64,000 nucleotides of DNA from assembly GCA_951406725.2 (NCBI GenBank), contig OX597825.1, positions 78,926,001-78,990,000 on the forward strand, read 5' to 3'. Below the pieces are notes generated by a model. It was given only the letters and a program-made list of their open reading frames with translations, was not told the origin of the DNA and made no database searches. The position numbers and the translations under genes are program-made. This document shows positions 26,691-40,163 of this stretch, piece by piece. Source of the DNA: Octopus vulgaris (taxonomy: Eukaryota). Position 1 is the first letter of the stretch; each line of letters begins with the position of its first letter.

Positions 26691-28375
26691 AGGTTCAAAT
26701 ACTCCACCCCTTCATCCTCTTGGATGACCTAAAATGGCACACAGTTGAATAGTTGACAGCTTGTAAAATCTCTTCAGTATTGCTGGGAGATTTAGTGAGG
26801 ACATTAAATTATCATTTGGCCTTGGCAATCATAGGAAGTTGACAATACAGGAGACAGAGTAACATAGTAAAGTAACGAGTCAAACCGATGATTTGTAGCT
26901 CTATAGAAATGGAGATAATACAGGAGATGGATAACACTGCTTTTTATTATAGGTAATTAAACATAGATGAAAGAACAAAAGTGAGAGAGAGAGAGAGAGA
27001 GAGACCTATGAAAACGAGAAAGAAGAATTCTGAGCAGCAAAAGCATTATCACTGCTATTAGCACATTTACAATTGCAGACATAGAATATGGCTTTGAAGA
27101 AATGGACTGGAACATGATAGAATTAGATGTAACAGATCACACAGCACTAGAAACATATGAAGACAAATATCAGATGCCACAGAACAAATTAGATTATCTG
27201 GCTGCAGGTGATGATAAGTGAACACTAGCACCAATTGACGCAACAAGATATCTAAATATTGGCAATGTGTGCGAGTAATTGAAGACACTGTCACAAGTAG
27301 GGGCCAGTAGTGAGAGTGGACTGGTCAGTGTTGAGCTCCCGACATCATTTACATTGTGGGAGGAAGGAGAGAAAGATTTAAAAACCAAACTGTGCTATTT
27401 TTATCTGGTTTCAGTATTGCATTTACAAATTTCTTCTTACTGTGTTGTTCAATATGATGGAGCACAGCTCCCAAGTGAACCATGATCTAGAAGATCTCAT
27501 CAATTAATTCAGTAACATAGTAATTGTGTGTGTGTGTGTGTATGTATCCATATATGCATATTTGTTTCTTTTAATGTCTGTTATCCATGCTAGCAAATGA
27601 ATTCTGAGATATGATTTTTACTGTTAGATAGACTTCTTGTCAACCCTTACCTGGTTTTGAAGGACATCTCCCCCATCTTTCTCTCCCCACCTCCTTTTGG
27701 CACAAAGAATCCAGGGAAGTTATGAAAATACTAACATTTATATTTCTTCAACAATACTTATGAGTGTATGTTGTCAGTAATCTTGCTCTTGTCTTTAAAA
27801 TCGGAGTGGACTACAGAACCTCGCCACTTGTCTGATTTCAAGTTTTGTGTCAAGTCAATAAATATTTCAGTTCAAAATCATTGGCTCAGTTCATAATTTG
27901 AACTCGTCCCTCATGCTGGTATGGGTTGGATGGGTTGTCATGATCCGTATCATTTAATAGGAGCCACTGCTCCCAAAGTCTGGTGTTCGAGTGTGTCATT
28001 TGGTTTGGTTTCTATAACTGGAAGTCCTTTCTATTACTAACCACCTTGCAGAGTGTACTGAGGGCACCAACACAAGAGAGGCTGAACAGGGCTTAGCTAC
28101 ACAGGATCAAAGGGACTTCATAACTCTGCACTTCTCTGCTCATTTACCAATCATTTTACAGTGTGTACAAGGGAGCTCTGGGAATGACTCTTTTGTGAAC
28201 AAATTGAAAGAAACAGACACATCCCTATCAAACCTATTGGTATTTATATTTTTCTCAAAATACAACCGTTTGTTTCAACTGGTTTCAAAAATATTGAAGA
28301 ATATAGCAAAATTCATGTTTGGAACATAAATTAATATGAAGTTTTAATAGAGAATTTTAATTTAGATAACTTTAA

Positions 28376-28598
28376 CTCTTTTGTTACCATATTTCTGTTG
28401 GGATGCTCTGTGTTTCTTTCAATTAATTTTAAATATAACAAAGGATTTAGTAATATAACTTAGTTACCATTAAGCTAATGTTAGGAACATAAATTGTGAC
28501 TAAGGTTTGATGGGAGATTTCAATTCAAAACTTGTGTAAAACAAGACATTTGTACTACAGAGCCAGAGGTGGTTTCAGCCGGCTTGGTATCAAAAGGG
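28376..28598. mobile_element. piggyBac-type MITE nested in an older related copy
   Basis: TTAA flanks (28372-28375, 28599-28602); TIRs ctcttttgttacca / tggtatcaaaaggg; the flanks resemble the insert and end tggtatcaaatggattaa near 28667. Confidence 0.65.
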
Positions 28599-29028
28599 TT
28601 AAAACAGGAAATCTGTACCACTGCAAAAAACCAGGGGTCTTGGGCAGGTTGGTATCAAATGGATTAAAAGTACACTTTGATGGCAAATGCAACTGGAAAA
28701 AGCCACTGATCTGCTAGAAAATCCCCAACAGAGAAATAATTTCTCCTTAATAGGACTGTTTATGATCAAAGCGAAGTACTATAAGAAGAGTACATTCTGA
28801 TTGTTTAAGTTTTGTAAATCTAGGCCAAATAGACTGGCGCAGACATGGCAACAAAAGTATAAGCCATCTGTGATACAGTGACTTAATAAACCCTTAGTTT
28901 CTTTAGCAGAATAACCTCTACCCCTGCTCCAAGCTAGCTTTTAGTCCACCTATTTTGATAAGTACATTGATAAATATATTAATGTCATAGCTGACAAAAT
29001 ACTGTTATTTTTATAATCTTGTGACAAG

Positions 29029-29069
<41 letters not shown>

Positions 29070-30454
29070 CACACAGACACACACACACTCTATGGTTTTG
29101 TAACGCCTGTTTTTCCATGTTACCATTAGGCTGAATGAAGAATTATTTCAGGCAGGATTTTACAGCCAGATGCCCTTCATGTTGTCAACCTTTACTTGTT
29201 TTTCATATAAGGAATATTGTTATTCCACATCATCATCATCATCGTCATCCTGTATTTTAAATCCAGGTTTTATCCCCATTAATGGGGGTGACCAGATTGA
29301 CCTCAATGCCATATCAGGTCTTTGAAAATGTAGAGTAACCAATTGCGATGCCATCAAGGAATATCAACATACAATTACATTCACACACAATGAAACACTC
29401 TCTATAATTGTTGTGCACCAAATTCTCTCATAAAGCATTCATTCAGTGCTTTTGAGCTATAGAAGACAATTACTCAGGAAGGCACTTACCCACAGCTGTG
29501 CAGTGGGGCCAAACCTCAAATCACATGTTTGTGAGGCAAACTTCCTAACTGCATACCTGTGTGTGTGTGTGTGTGTAGATGTGATAACCAGTGCTGGCTT
29601 GTTTACATTCCTGTAACTTAGTGGTTCAGGAAAAGAGACCAACAGAATAAGTAACAGACTTAAAAATTAGTACTGGTAGTGATTCATTCAACTAAATCCG
29701 TCAAGGTGGCACTCCAGCTTGGCCACAGTCTGATGCCTGGAACAACTAAAAGACCAAACACACACATGTGTGTAGTCAGCAGGTGGGTTCACGCCTCAGC
29801 TGACAACAGTAGCTCAAATCAAGACTTTTAGTTTTATTAGATTTTTAAACGATGTATATAAAAAAAAAAAAAAAGAAAATCTTAATCTTGTGTAATCCAA
29901 ATGTAATCTCAGAAGAGTAATCAAAGAAGAAGGGGGTCTAGTTCTGTGTCAGTGTGTTAAAAAATCCAGGGACTATGTCTCAAGAGCATAATTATTAAGT
30001 TTATAACATTAGTTCTTTCTTCAAAGGGCCGCTTCAAAACCTAGAATGCTTTTCATTTTGTATTTCTTTTGTTTTCTTTAGATATTATTTGTATTTCTTT
30101 CTCTTCTTTTTCTTTTCTTCTTAGTTTCGTTTCCAAGACTCCCCCACATGTTTGTTTGTTTGTTTGTTTGATGTCCTGTTAAAATTTATGGAAAGGATAT
30201 TTGGAATATTGCAACAAAATGACAGAAGCTCAGGTTTCTTGTTTCGAACAAATAATGAATGCAACCAACACTAATTCCCTGATCCCAGCTGACATAATGG
30301 TATAGATCATGTGACACCCTCGCATTCAAACCATGGAGAACATTTCCATTTGATACTGTTTATTCATTTGTCATGGTCCCATAGAAAATTAGACTGACCA
30401 AGATAATCTGACGGATATTTTAATATTCTATCTCCATGACACACATGTTCGTTT

Positions 30455-30487
<33 letters not shown>

Positions 30488-32671
30488 TACTAAGTTTGAC
30501 TGAAGTTATCCATCTCTAACAGTCTATTATCCAAAACTCATGAATTTTCTGTAAAAACAAAAATAAAAAAGACAGGAGGGAAAAAAAAACAATTCATCAA
30601 AGTAAATATAGCCATGCCTGCACACACACACACACACACACACAGAATGTATGATGATGTATAAGATATATTTTATTCTTAAATGTAATAAAAAAAATTG
30701 CATTGTGTCTAATGCAACTGTATTATGGATGGGATATCCAGTGCGTGAGTATATGATGAAACATTAAATTTGTGTTTTCCACAAAAAAGTAGGGGATTAT
30801 CTTATGCAAGAGTGCATCTTACACACCATCATATGTAGTGTGTGTGTGTGTGTGCATGTGGAGAGAGAGAAAGTGAGAGATGGATCTCAAATCAAATTGT
30901 TGTACGGTTGAAAATAGCCAAGACTAAAGTAGTACTAATTAGTGGAAACTACCAAAATCTAACAGTGTCAGAGAAATAATCATGATCAGTCTACATAATG
31001 GAAGAAAACAGATGCTCAGTAGTGCGTGATAATGTTGAGATGTATGTGTGAAAGAGAGAGAAAAATTTTAGTTTTATACATATATTATATATATATATAT
31101 ATTTCTTTACTACCCACAAGGGGCTAAACACAGAGGGGACAAACAAGGTCAGACAAAGGGATTAAGTCGATTACATCGACCCCAGTGCGTAAATGGTACT
31201 TAATTTATCGACCCCGAAAGGATGAAAGGCAAAGTCAACCTCGGTGATATCATCATCATCATCGTTTAACGTCCGTTCTCCATGCTAGCATGGGTTGGAC
31301 GGTTCGACCAGGGATCTGGGAAGCCAGAAGGCTGCACCAGGCTCCAGTCCTATCTGGCAATGTTTCTACAGCTGGATGCCCTTCCTAACGCCAACCACTC
31401 CGTGAGTGTAGTGGGTGCTTTTTACGTGCCATATATATATATATATAGGCACATCTCTAGTGCTGGTGCTATAATACTCAATAATGTGGTTGGTGTTGAG
31501 AAGGACATCCAGCTGTAGAAACCATGCTAAAAATGGAACATACAAACAAGCTGTAGTCTCTGATCTGTTAAAGAGGGCTTAACTCTAAATGATATCAGAC
31601 TTAGAGCTTGAGAGCCCGTCCAACACATACCAGTTGATTTATGCTGACAATGATGGTGTTGGTGGTGGTGGTGGTGTTGCAATGCTGTGAGACCTGTTCA
31701 TTACATGCCTCGATAGAAAATAGATTCTTAAATGATTCCTATATTTAGGAATAGCAACAGAAATCACTCCTCATTGAGAAAGGAGAGAGTGACAGAATAA
31801 AAAAAAAAAAATGAACCAAAGTGTGTTTGGCTGATTCCGTCCAGTAAATATAATCAGCAGATTCAAACTAAACAGGTCTTCCACAATGGTGGTCATGCAA
31901 TGTGGAAAGCCTGTTGCAAGTAACATCAGCTGACAGTTTCAGTTTCCTTGAAATATATAAGATGAAAAAGCTTTGTGCAGAGTTTGTCATGTTTCATGTT
32001 CAAAAACAGTTCTAAAGCAAAATGTGGTGAGTATAAGGAGGAATGTGATGATGAGTACAAGGAGGATGGATATGGTGAGTGTAATGTGATGGATACAATA
32101 GGAATTGTGAGGAGTACAATGGATCTGATGAGTACAACATATGTGTACACACAGAAATATATGTACTTCATGAACTTGCATGGTTGAGTCTATATTTAGG
32201 AACAGCAACAGAAATCACTCCTCATTGAGAAAGGAGAGAGTGACAGAGTAAACTATGAACAGAGAGAGAGAGAGAGAGAAAGAGAATGTGTGTGATGGGG
32301 AGTAGAGACCAGGACCTCTATAGTGCCAGCTTTCAGATAACTCCAAAACACAGTGTAGCTGCTGCCGTTGTTGTCGTCGGCGTAGTAATAGTAGTAGTAG
32401 TAGTAGTATTGGGCAGACAAATATTTCCTTTGTGAAGCAAAATGCAGAATATAATGCAAGAAAGAGAAACAAAAGAGAATCTGGAAATGTTCAGGATTCA
32501 AGTCTTTTGTTAGTTATCATGGTGGTGAATTCTTCCACCATACTTGCCAAGGACAAGCATGCCAACTACTTTTTCATTGGTGTCAAGGTAACAGGAGGGG
32601 GGGGGTGCTACGTACAAAGACTACCACTCTACATTACACACACATATCTATACACATACATACACATTCAA

Positions 32672-32707
<36 letters not shown>

Positions 32708-33264
32708 TGATCAATCAATTAATAAATATTTTAATGATTATACCTAAGTCTCACAAATAGTCATTTATCTGCCTTTTTTTTTCAAAACAAAAAAAAGTTC
32801 AACAATCTAAAGATCCTTTACCTGCATCAAAATAATTAATCAAGAAAAGGGTGAGGTGCCAGACATATTTTTTTTCTTAGAAGGTATATTTTCAAGTGAA
32901 GGTGAACTGGGAAGTTATGGGAATGAAAACCAAAATGAACATTCATGAATCTTGCTCATCATCATCATCTAATGTCCACTTTTCCATGCTTGCAGGAGTC
33001 AAATTTTCCATGGTAGGATGCCCTTCCTGTCACCAACTCTCACTTCTTTTCAAGCTAGGTAATATTTTCCCATAGCTAGACATTTTTTTCATGGAAGACT
33101 GGAAATGAACAACCTCACCTGTATGACAGTGATGCTTATTTACAACCACCAGGTGATATTCTAGACAAGGTTCACACACACACACACATAGTGGTGAGCT
33201 TTCAATTTCTGTTTACCAAATTCACTATCAGGAATTTAGTTGGCCTGGCACTATAGTAGAAGTC

Positions 33265-34533
33265 ACTAAAGTGGTGAGCTGGCAGAATTGTTAGCATGCA
33301 TTCTGAGTTCAAATTCTGCCGAGGTTGACTCTACTTTTCATCCTTTCGGGGTTGATAAATTAAGTACCAGCTGAGCACTGGGGTCAATGTAATCGACTGT
33401 CCCCCTCCCCCAAATTTCAGGCCTTGTGCCTATAATAGGAACGATTATAATAGAAGACACTTGCTCAAGGTGCTGCACAAAAGGACTGAACCTAAGACCA
33501 CCTGGTTGGGAGGTAAAGCTTCTTAACCACACGGCCATGCTAGTGCCTATTACCAATGTCATTGAGAAATGTAAAATTACCCCAAATATTCTATTTTCTC
33601 TAACATAATAAAGAATAACAGTATCAGAGCATCAGAGAAAATAAATTGTGATATTTAGTTACAACTTTTTTATGTTCTTAGTTCACCCTGTCAAAGTCAA
33701 CTTCACCTTTCATCCTTTTGAAGTTGATTAGTGGCTAGGGCCAATCGTATCAGCAACTTCCCACTCTGTCAAAATTCAGTTTTGTGCCTATGTCAGGAAC
33801 CATTAACACTTCAGGTGGAAATCCAGCAGAATTGTTAGCAGACGAAATGCTTAGTGGCATTTCTTCTGGCTTCACATACTGAGTTCAAATATCACCAAGG
33901 TCAACTCTGCCTTTCATCTTTTTTGGTACTAATAAAATAAGTACCAGTCAAGTACTGGGGTTGACATAATTGACCAGCCTGTTCCAACAAAAAATTTCAG
34001 ACCTTCTGCCCAGAGTAGAAAGCATATTAATACCAACCAACATAAGAATTACTATCATCATATATTCTTTTCTACCTTAGGCACAAGGCCCGATATTTTG
34101 GGGGAGGGGTGCCAGTCGATTAGATCAATCCAAATATGCAACTGGTACTTAATTTATCGACCCCAAAAGGATGAAAAGCAAAGTCGACCTCGGCAGAATT
34201 TGAACTCAGGATGTAAAGACAGACGAAATACCGCTAAGCATTTGGCTTGGCGTGCTAACATTTCTGCCGGATTGCCACCTTACTATCATTATATATTACT
34301 ATATTTAATCTATTTCTTTACTACCCACAAGGGGCTAAAACACAGAGAGGACAGACAAAGGGATTAAGTCAATTATATCGACCCCAGTGCGTAACTGGTA
34401 CTTATTTAATCGACCCCGAAATGATGAAAGGCAAAGTCGACCTCGGCGGAATTTGAACTCAGAACGTAGCGGCAGACGAAATACCGCTAAGCATTTCGCC
34501 CGGCGTGCTAACATTTCTGCCAGCTCGCTGCCT
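33265..34533. mobile_element. SINE family A cluster (plus copies ~33265-33445 and ~33820-34020; minus copies ~34064-34279 and ~34311-34533)
   Basis: Mutual homology; the 34311-34533 copy retains many CpGs, suggesting it is young. Confidence 0.8.
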
Positions 34534-35162
34534 TAAATATATTACTACATTTAATCATGACCATATATTGCTATAATTAAACCAACATTTTCCAAATGAT
34601 GAAAAGCGTCTAACATTAACTGCTCAACTGCTTCTATTGAAAGTAAATATCGAGTATATTGATAGTTATTTTCAATGGAAGGAGATCAAGACAAACAGAA
34701 GTAGGTATTTCTCACCAGAAATACAATCTAGTACCCAGTATAATGTAATAAAATTATTGGGTGGGGGGCAAGAACAATATTCCTTAGATCTTTGAAATGA
34801 GAATTACATCAGTTGTTAATACTATCTCAAAAACAAAAGAGATATAAAAATAAAATGGAATTATGAAAGTGATGCTGTAGAAAATATAATAAATAAAACA
34901 GTTGACATAGCAACAATAAAAAAAAAACAACAACAAAAGAATAGCCATTTAAAATATTTTAAGAAATGAATTAAGATTTTAATGTAAATTACATATGACA
35001 TTACAGCACCAGTTTGAGACACAATGGCAACAGGTCCAATGACAAGATTCAAACCATAAATCTATCACTCATTAGCTGAGCACATTATCAATTATCTAAA
35101 CTACAGTGTGTTTGCCACTTTGTTTTCTCAAATTAGGTATCATAAATAGAGTGGTTGTATAC

Positions 35163-35409
35163 TGTCAACATAACGTGACAGTCCCGTAAAGGGAATTACA
35201 CCACCGCTGTTTAGCCCTAGGAAGCATTGAGGCTTCCTGTCAGCCGTGACACATTTCCTGTGTCCTTATATTTGCGAAGGGGAGGCAAGCACCCCTACCA
35301 GCTAGGGCTAGCACCTAAAGACATGCATGTTTCAGAGTCCATTGCTCGTCATCAGTCTGGGGTAGCCAGTCCTGCTAGTTGAGATACCTGCCAAGCCTTC
35401 GCAAATATA
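35163..35409 (-). mobile_element. Penelope-like fragment with hammerhead between 14-bp inverted repeats
   Basis: tatatttgcgaagg (35267-35280) / ccttcgcaaatata (35396-35409); 5' part homologous to the arm of the 699-1052 element. Confidence 0.55.
35307..35366 (-). ncRNA. Degenerate type-I hammerhead ribozyme
   Basis: Minus strand reads gctaccccaga-CTGATGA-cGAG caatgga CTCt-GAAA-CATGCATG-TC-tttaggtgctagc. Helix III ACATGCATGT is palindromic; the helix II closing pair and helix I are partly decayed. Confidence 0.55.
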
Positions 35410-37512
35410 TATATTTACAGTGAAATCTATTCACTGGTCACCGAAATTAGAAATATTGAATTTCTAAATGTCTCAGAGAGACTTCAATATTTCTAGTATC
35501 ATACATAAATAGTTTCCGCTATTTGAAATCTACAACTTGGTTTGTTTCATTTAACATCCATGCTAGAATGAGAGTTGGACAGGAAGGCATTTGAAGCAGA
35601 TTAATACAGCCAAATGCTCTTCCTGCCGGTCAGCCCTTAAGGGATTTTATTTATCCTACACATTTTGAAAGTGCAGAGTGACCAGTCATAATCCCAACAA
35701 GGAATACATATGTTGATATTACCGTTTGCTCAAGCAAGGCTGAGGGACAGCATTATTTATGCCTATTTGCACATACACACTGCACCCACACTGCTCTCAC
35801 CACCACCACCACTTTGTTGTTATTGTAATCATCATCGTTTTATGTCCATTGTCCATTTGGCATCGATTGAAAAGGTTTACTTACCAAAATGAATCTGGGA
35901 GGCTTCATTTTGGTTGTGTTTGGTTTTAGGTAAGGTTTTTATAGTTGGATGCCCTTCCCAACACCAACCACTTTATAGAGTGTACCAGGTGCATTTTTTG
36001 TGCAACCAGCACTTCAAAGGTATCATGTCTTCAACAATACTAAAGGGTTCTAACAGTCTCATATTCACACACATCACCACCACCATCACCATCATCATCG
36101 AACATCCACTTTTCCATACTTGCATAGGTTTGATAGAATTTGTGGCAGATTTTCTACAGCCAAATGGCTTTCCTGTTGTCAACCTTCACCTGTTTCCGAG
36201 CAAGGTAATATTCCCCATGACCAGGAATATCTTTCTTATACTTGTATACAACCATCACACACACTCACACACACATTTAGCCCCAGTTTCCATTTGATAG
36301 TTTTCTTTTCCTTTTGAATTCCTTGATTGTGTCAAAGCACATGGTGTAATGTTAAGAGTATTCAGCGCATAATCATACAGTTATGGGTTCAATTCCTGAA
36401 CCAGACAAAGCATTGTATCCTTGAGTATATCACTTAATTTCATATTGTCCCAGCTCTCAAAAATTTATCAATAACACACACACACACACACAAGCATGAT
36501 AGGCTTCCCAAAGTTTCCATCAACCAAATCCACTCACAAGATATCAGCTGGCCTGGTGCTATAGTAGAAGATACTTGCCCAAGGTGCTGTGTAATGGGAT
36601 TGAACCTGAAACCATGATGTTGTAAACATTTTTAACCACATAATGTATTTATATATACTTGTACATATGTTTTTTAGTACAGGTATAATATATAGAACCT
36701 AATCTGAATAAAAAACAGAATGGTAGACACTCTGTAGTATTATTGGTAAGGCAGTTGTCATGGAAACAACAGATACATTAGTCAAGTCCTGTCATATAAC
36801 CAAGTGCCCTTTTCTCTTTCTTTCTAACTGGTGCTTATAATTGAAAAGTTTATTTAAATATATCTTTGATATTTGATATCAACAATAAATTTCAATAATT
36901 AAAGAAGAAAAGGAATTAGTGAAGAATTTGTGAAAGAAAATGAACTACCATGCAATTCTGTTATTTTCACAGAAGAAATAAAATCCCAGAGAACGTGAAA
37001 TATCATTCCAGTTGCACAATAACTAGTGGCAAAGCAATTGCTCTTTGTTTTCCAAATTTCTAGACACCATGGGTCATTCAGAATAAAGATAGCTAACAGT
37101 CAAGATACAATGTGCCAATATCTTGAAAATGGAGGGGTCTTACATGATAGATACAGAGTTTTAACAGAGCATCTTCATCATCTAATGTCTACATACCTTG
37201 CTAGTATGGTTTGGACAGTTTGATGGATTCAAGGACTGCATCGTGCTCAAGTGCCTGCTTTGGCATGGTTTCTACAGCTGAGTGCTCTTCCTAATGCCAA
37301 CCACTTCTGGTGTGTACTGGGTGCTTTTGTGTGACACAGGTACAGGTGAATTCACTATGCAACTTGCAAGTCTACAAACCAAGGAGGGGTAGGGATGCGT
37401 TCTTATGCTAGATGGTAGCTAAGATATGTGAGAAGGGGTTGGCGTAGAACATTTTCTTGTAGTAGAGAAGCAACATGGCTACTCACATTTAAAAGAAAGA
37501 GATAGAGAGAGA

Positions 37513-37562
<50 letters not shown>

Positions 37563-38932
37563 ATTATTCTTTTTCAGTCCATATAAATGTTTTACTAGTA
37601 TAAACAAAGCGTAATATCAGACCACATAACACATAAAAAGCACAATTAATTTCATAGTTACTTAATCTGTCAGGTCAAACAAGTATGTATTTGTGTGTGT
37701 GTGCGTGTGTTTACATTCCACATTTTTGCATGATAGTCTGAGCAAAAATGGCAATCTCATTTTTATGCTGCCTAAAAACAATACATATTGCAGCTCTGAG
37801 TTTTGCATGGACAAGTGGAATAAAGAAACCCTTGCATGAGAAACACTAAGGTTAAGCAACAGGAAGAGCACCTGGCTGTGAAATACTACCACAGCCAAGT
37901 CTTTGTCCAACCCATGCCAGTGTAGAAAAGCAAAGGCAGGTACGGTTCAATGGCTTATAAGCTTGCTTTGCAACCATGTAGTTTTGGGTGAAGTCCCACT
38001 TCATAGTATCTCAGACAACCCTGGGCCAACCAAAGTCTTGTGAGTGAATTTGGTAGATGGAAACTGTGTGTGTGTGTGGAAGCTCATTATATGTGTGTGT
38101 GAGAGTGTGTCTTTGTGTTGGTCACTCACCCCCCACTGCTTGACAACCAGTGTTGGCTCTTATGTCCCATGAATTTAGCAGTTTGTCAAAAAAGAATAAC
38201 TAGCAGACTATGCATATATGTCATTATTCTCTCTTTTACAGTCACCTTGTATGTAAAGGGTACGCCCTTACCATCCCACTCTGTCTTTCCAGCTGAGGAA
38301 GCCATGTAGCTCCTCTTCAGCAAGAGACTCATTCCTATCCTTCTATCATGCTTTCATCTACCTTAATACTACGTCCCTACTCAGCTGAGAGGTTTTGTCT
38401 CACAAGTCACGTGGTGATTACACAAGTGCCAGTGCCATCAAAAGACACCCAGCACAGTCAATAAACTGGTTATTGTTAGGAAGGGCATCAAAATGCAGAA
38501 TCATTGCCAAAGCTGTCATTGGACCTTGACACAGACCGCTAGCTTGTCAGTTCTTGTCAAACTGTGGAACCCAAACCAGCATGGAAAACAGACATTAAAT
38601 GTTAATGATCACACACACACACACACACACAAACTTACAACTTGTAATTATATCTTTGGATTAACTCTTGTCATAAACATTGAACTTAGGTGGAGCAAAA
38701 CTGCTTGTCTGATGGAGGCTAAGTGTCCACTGAATTCACTGTCATCTTCATGTGAAATGTGATGTGATAGTACTGTTAGTTCATACCAGTAAAACAATTA
38801 TAGAGCCTTAATTTGGTGATAGATACTAAGATCTCTTTATTGTAATTGGAAATACAGCCACTCCACCCGGAATGTGATGAGCATAATGTTCAGTCTGTTC
38901 TCTTTTACTGTCCTAGATCAGTGTGTGTGATC

Positions 38933-39696
38933 ATCACAAATTTTCTGAGTCTAATCGCATGCAGAGTGTCTTGTCTCACGAATGGACTTTTTTGGGACCG
39001 AATAGTGACTGGTGACGAGAAATGGGTTCACTATAAAAATGCCAAGCGACAAAGACAACGAGTAAGGAAAGGAGAATTACCAGCACCCCAGGCTTAAAGG
39101 TCTTCACCCATGCAAGGTGTTGTTATCTGTTTGGTGGGATATGAAAGGTTTAGTCCACTTTGAACTTTTAAAACCCAAACCAAATGACAACAAAGGAGAT
39201 CTACTGTGAGCAGCTTAAGACAGCACTAGAAGAAAAATGACCATCTTTAGATGAAAGGTGTTCTTCCATCAGGATAATGCTCAGCCACATACAGCGAGGA
39301 TGACATTCCAAAAGCTGGTGCAGTTTGAATGGGAAAAGATGCCCCATCCACCACATTCGCCAGACATTGCCCCATCCACTACATTCGCCAGACATTGCCC
39401 CATCCACCACATTCGCCGGACATTGCCCCATCCAATTATCATCTATTCCGCAGTCTTCAAAATCATTTGGACAGAAAAAATATGAATTCTGTAGACGGGG
39501 TCAGAACAGTACTGGAGGAGTATTTTTCAACACGGACAAGTGAAGTTTGGAAGAGGGACCTTGCAAATCTACCATTTAGACAGAAGAGCATTGTACAGAA
39601 TGGAGAGTATATTTTAGATTAAAAAAGAACTTTATCTTAATTTTGAAAAATAGAAGATGTATAAAAAAACCGTATCATTTATGGGATGACCCAATA
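38933..39696 (+). pseudogene. 5'-truncated mariner transposase relic with 3' TIR
   Basis: DRIVTGDEKWVHY, HPCKVLLSVWWD, FHQDNAQPHTA and HSPDIAPSNYHLFRSLQNHL motifs; stops and frameshifts; TIR atttatgggatgacccaa + TA at ~39677-39696. Confidence 0.85.
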
Positions 39697-39767
39697 TGTA
39701 TGTGTGTGTGTGTGTATATATATATATATACATATATATATATACATATATATATAGTTATCCTTTA

Positions 39768-39953
39768 TCTTTTATTTGTTCCAGTCCTTAGATCGCAATC
39801 ATGCTGGGGCACCACCTTAAATTTTTAGTCAAATGAATTGACCCCAGTACTTATTTTTTTTTTAAAGCCTGGAACTTATTTTGTTGGTCACTTTTGGTAA
39901 ACCACTAAGTTATGGGGATGCAAACATACTAACACTATGGGAAAAACAAACAA

Positions 39954-39986
<33 letters not shown>

Positions 39987-40163
39987 CATACATACACACA
40001 CGACAGGCTTCTTTCAGTTTCTGACTACCAAATCCACTGACAAGGCTTTGCTTGGCCTTAGGCTATAGTAGAAGACACTTGACCAAAGTGCCATGCAGTG
40101 GGACTGAACCTGGAACCATGTGGTTGGGAAGCAGACATCTTACCACACAGCCATGCCTGTGCC
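39768..40163 (-). mobile_element. SINE family B
   Basis: Reverse-complement homology to 59277-59681. Confidence 0.75.
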
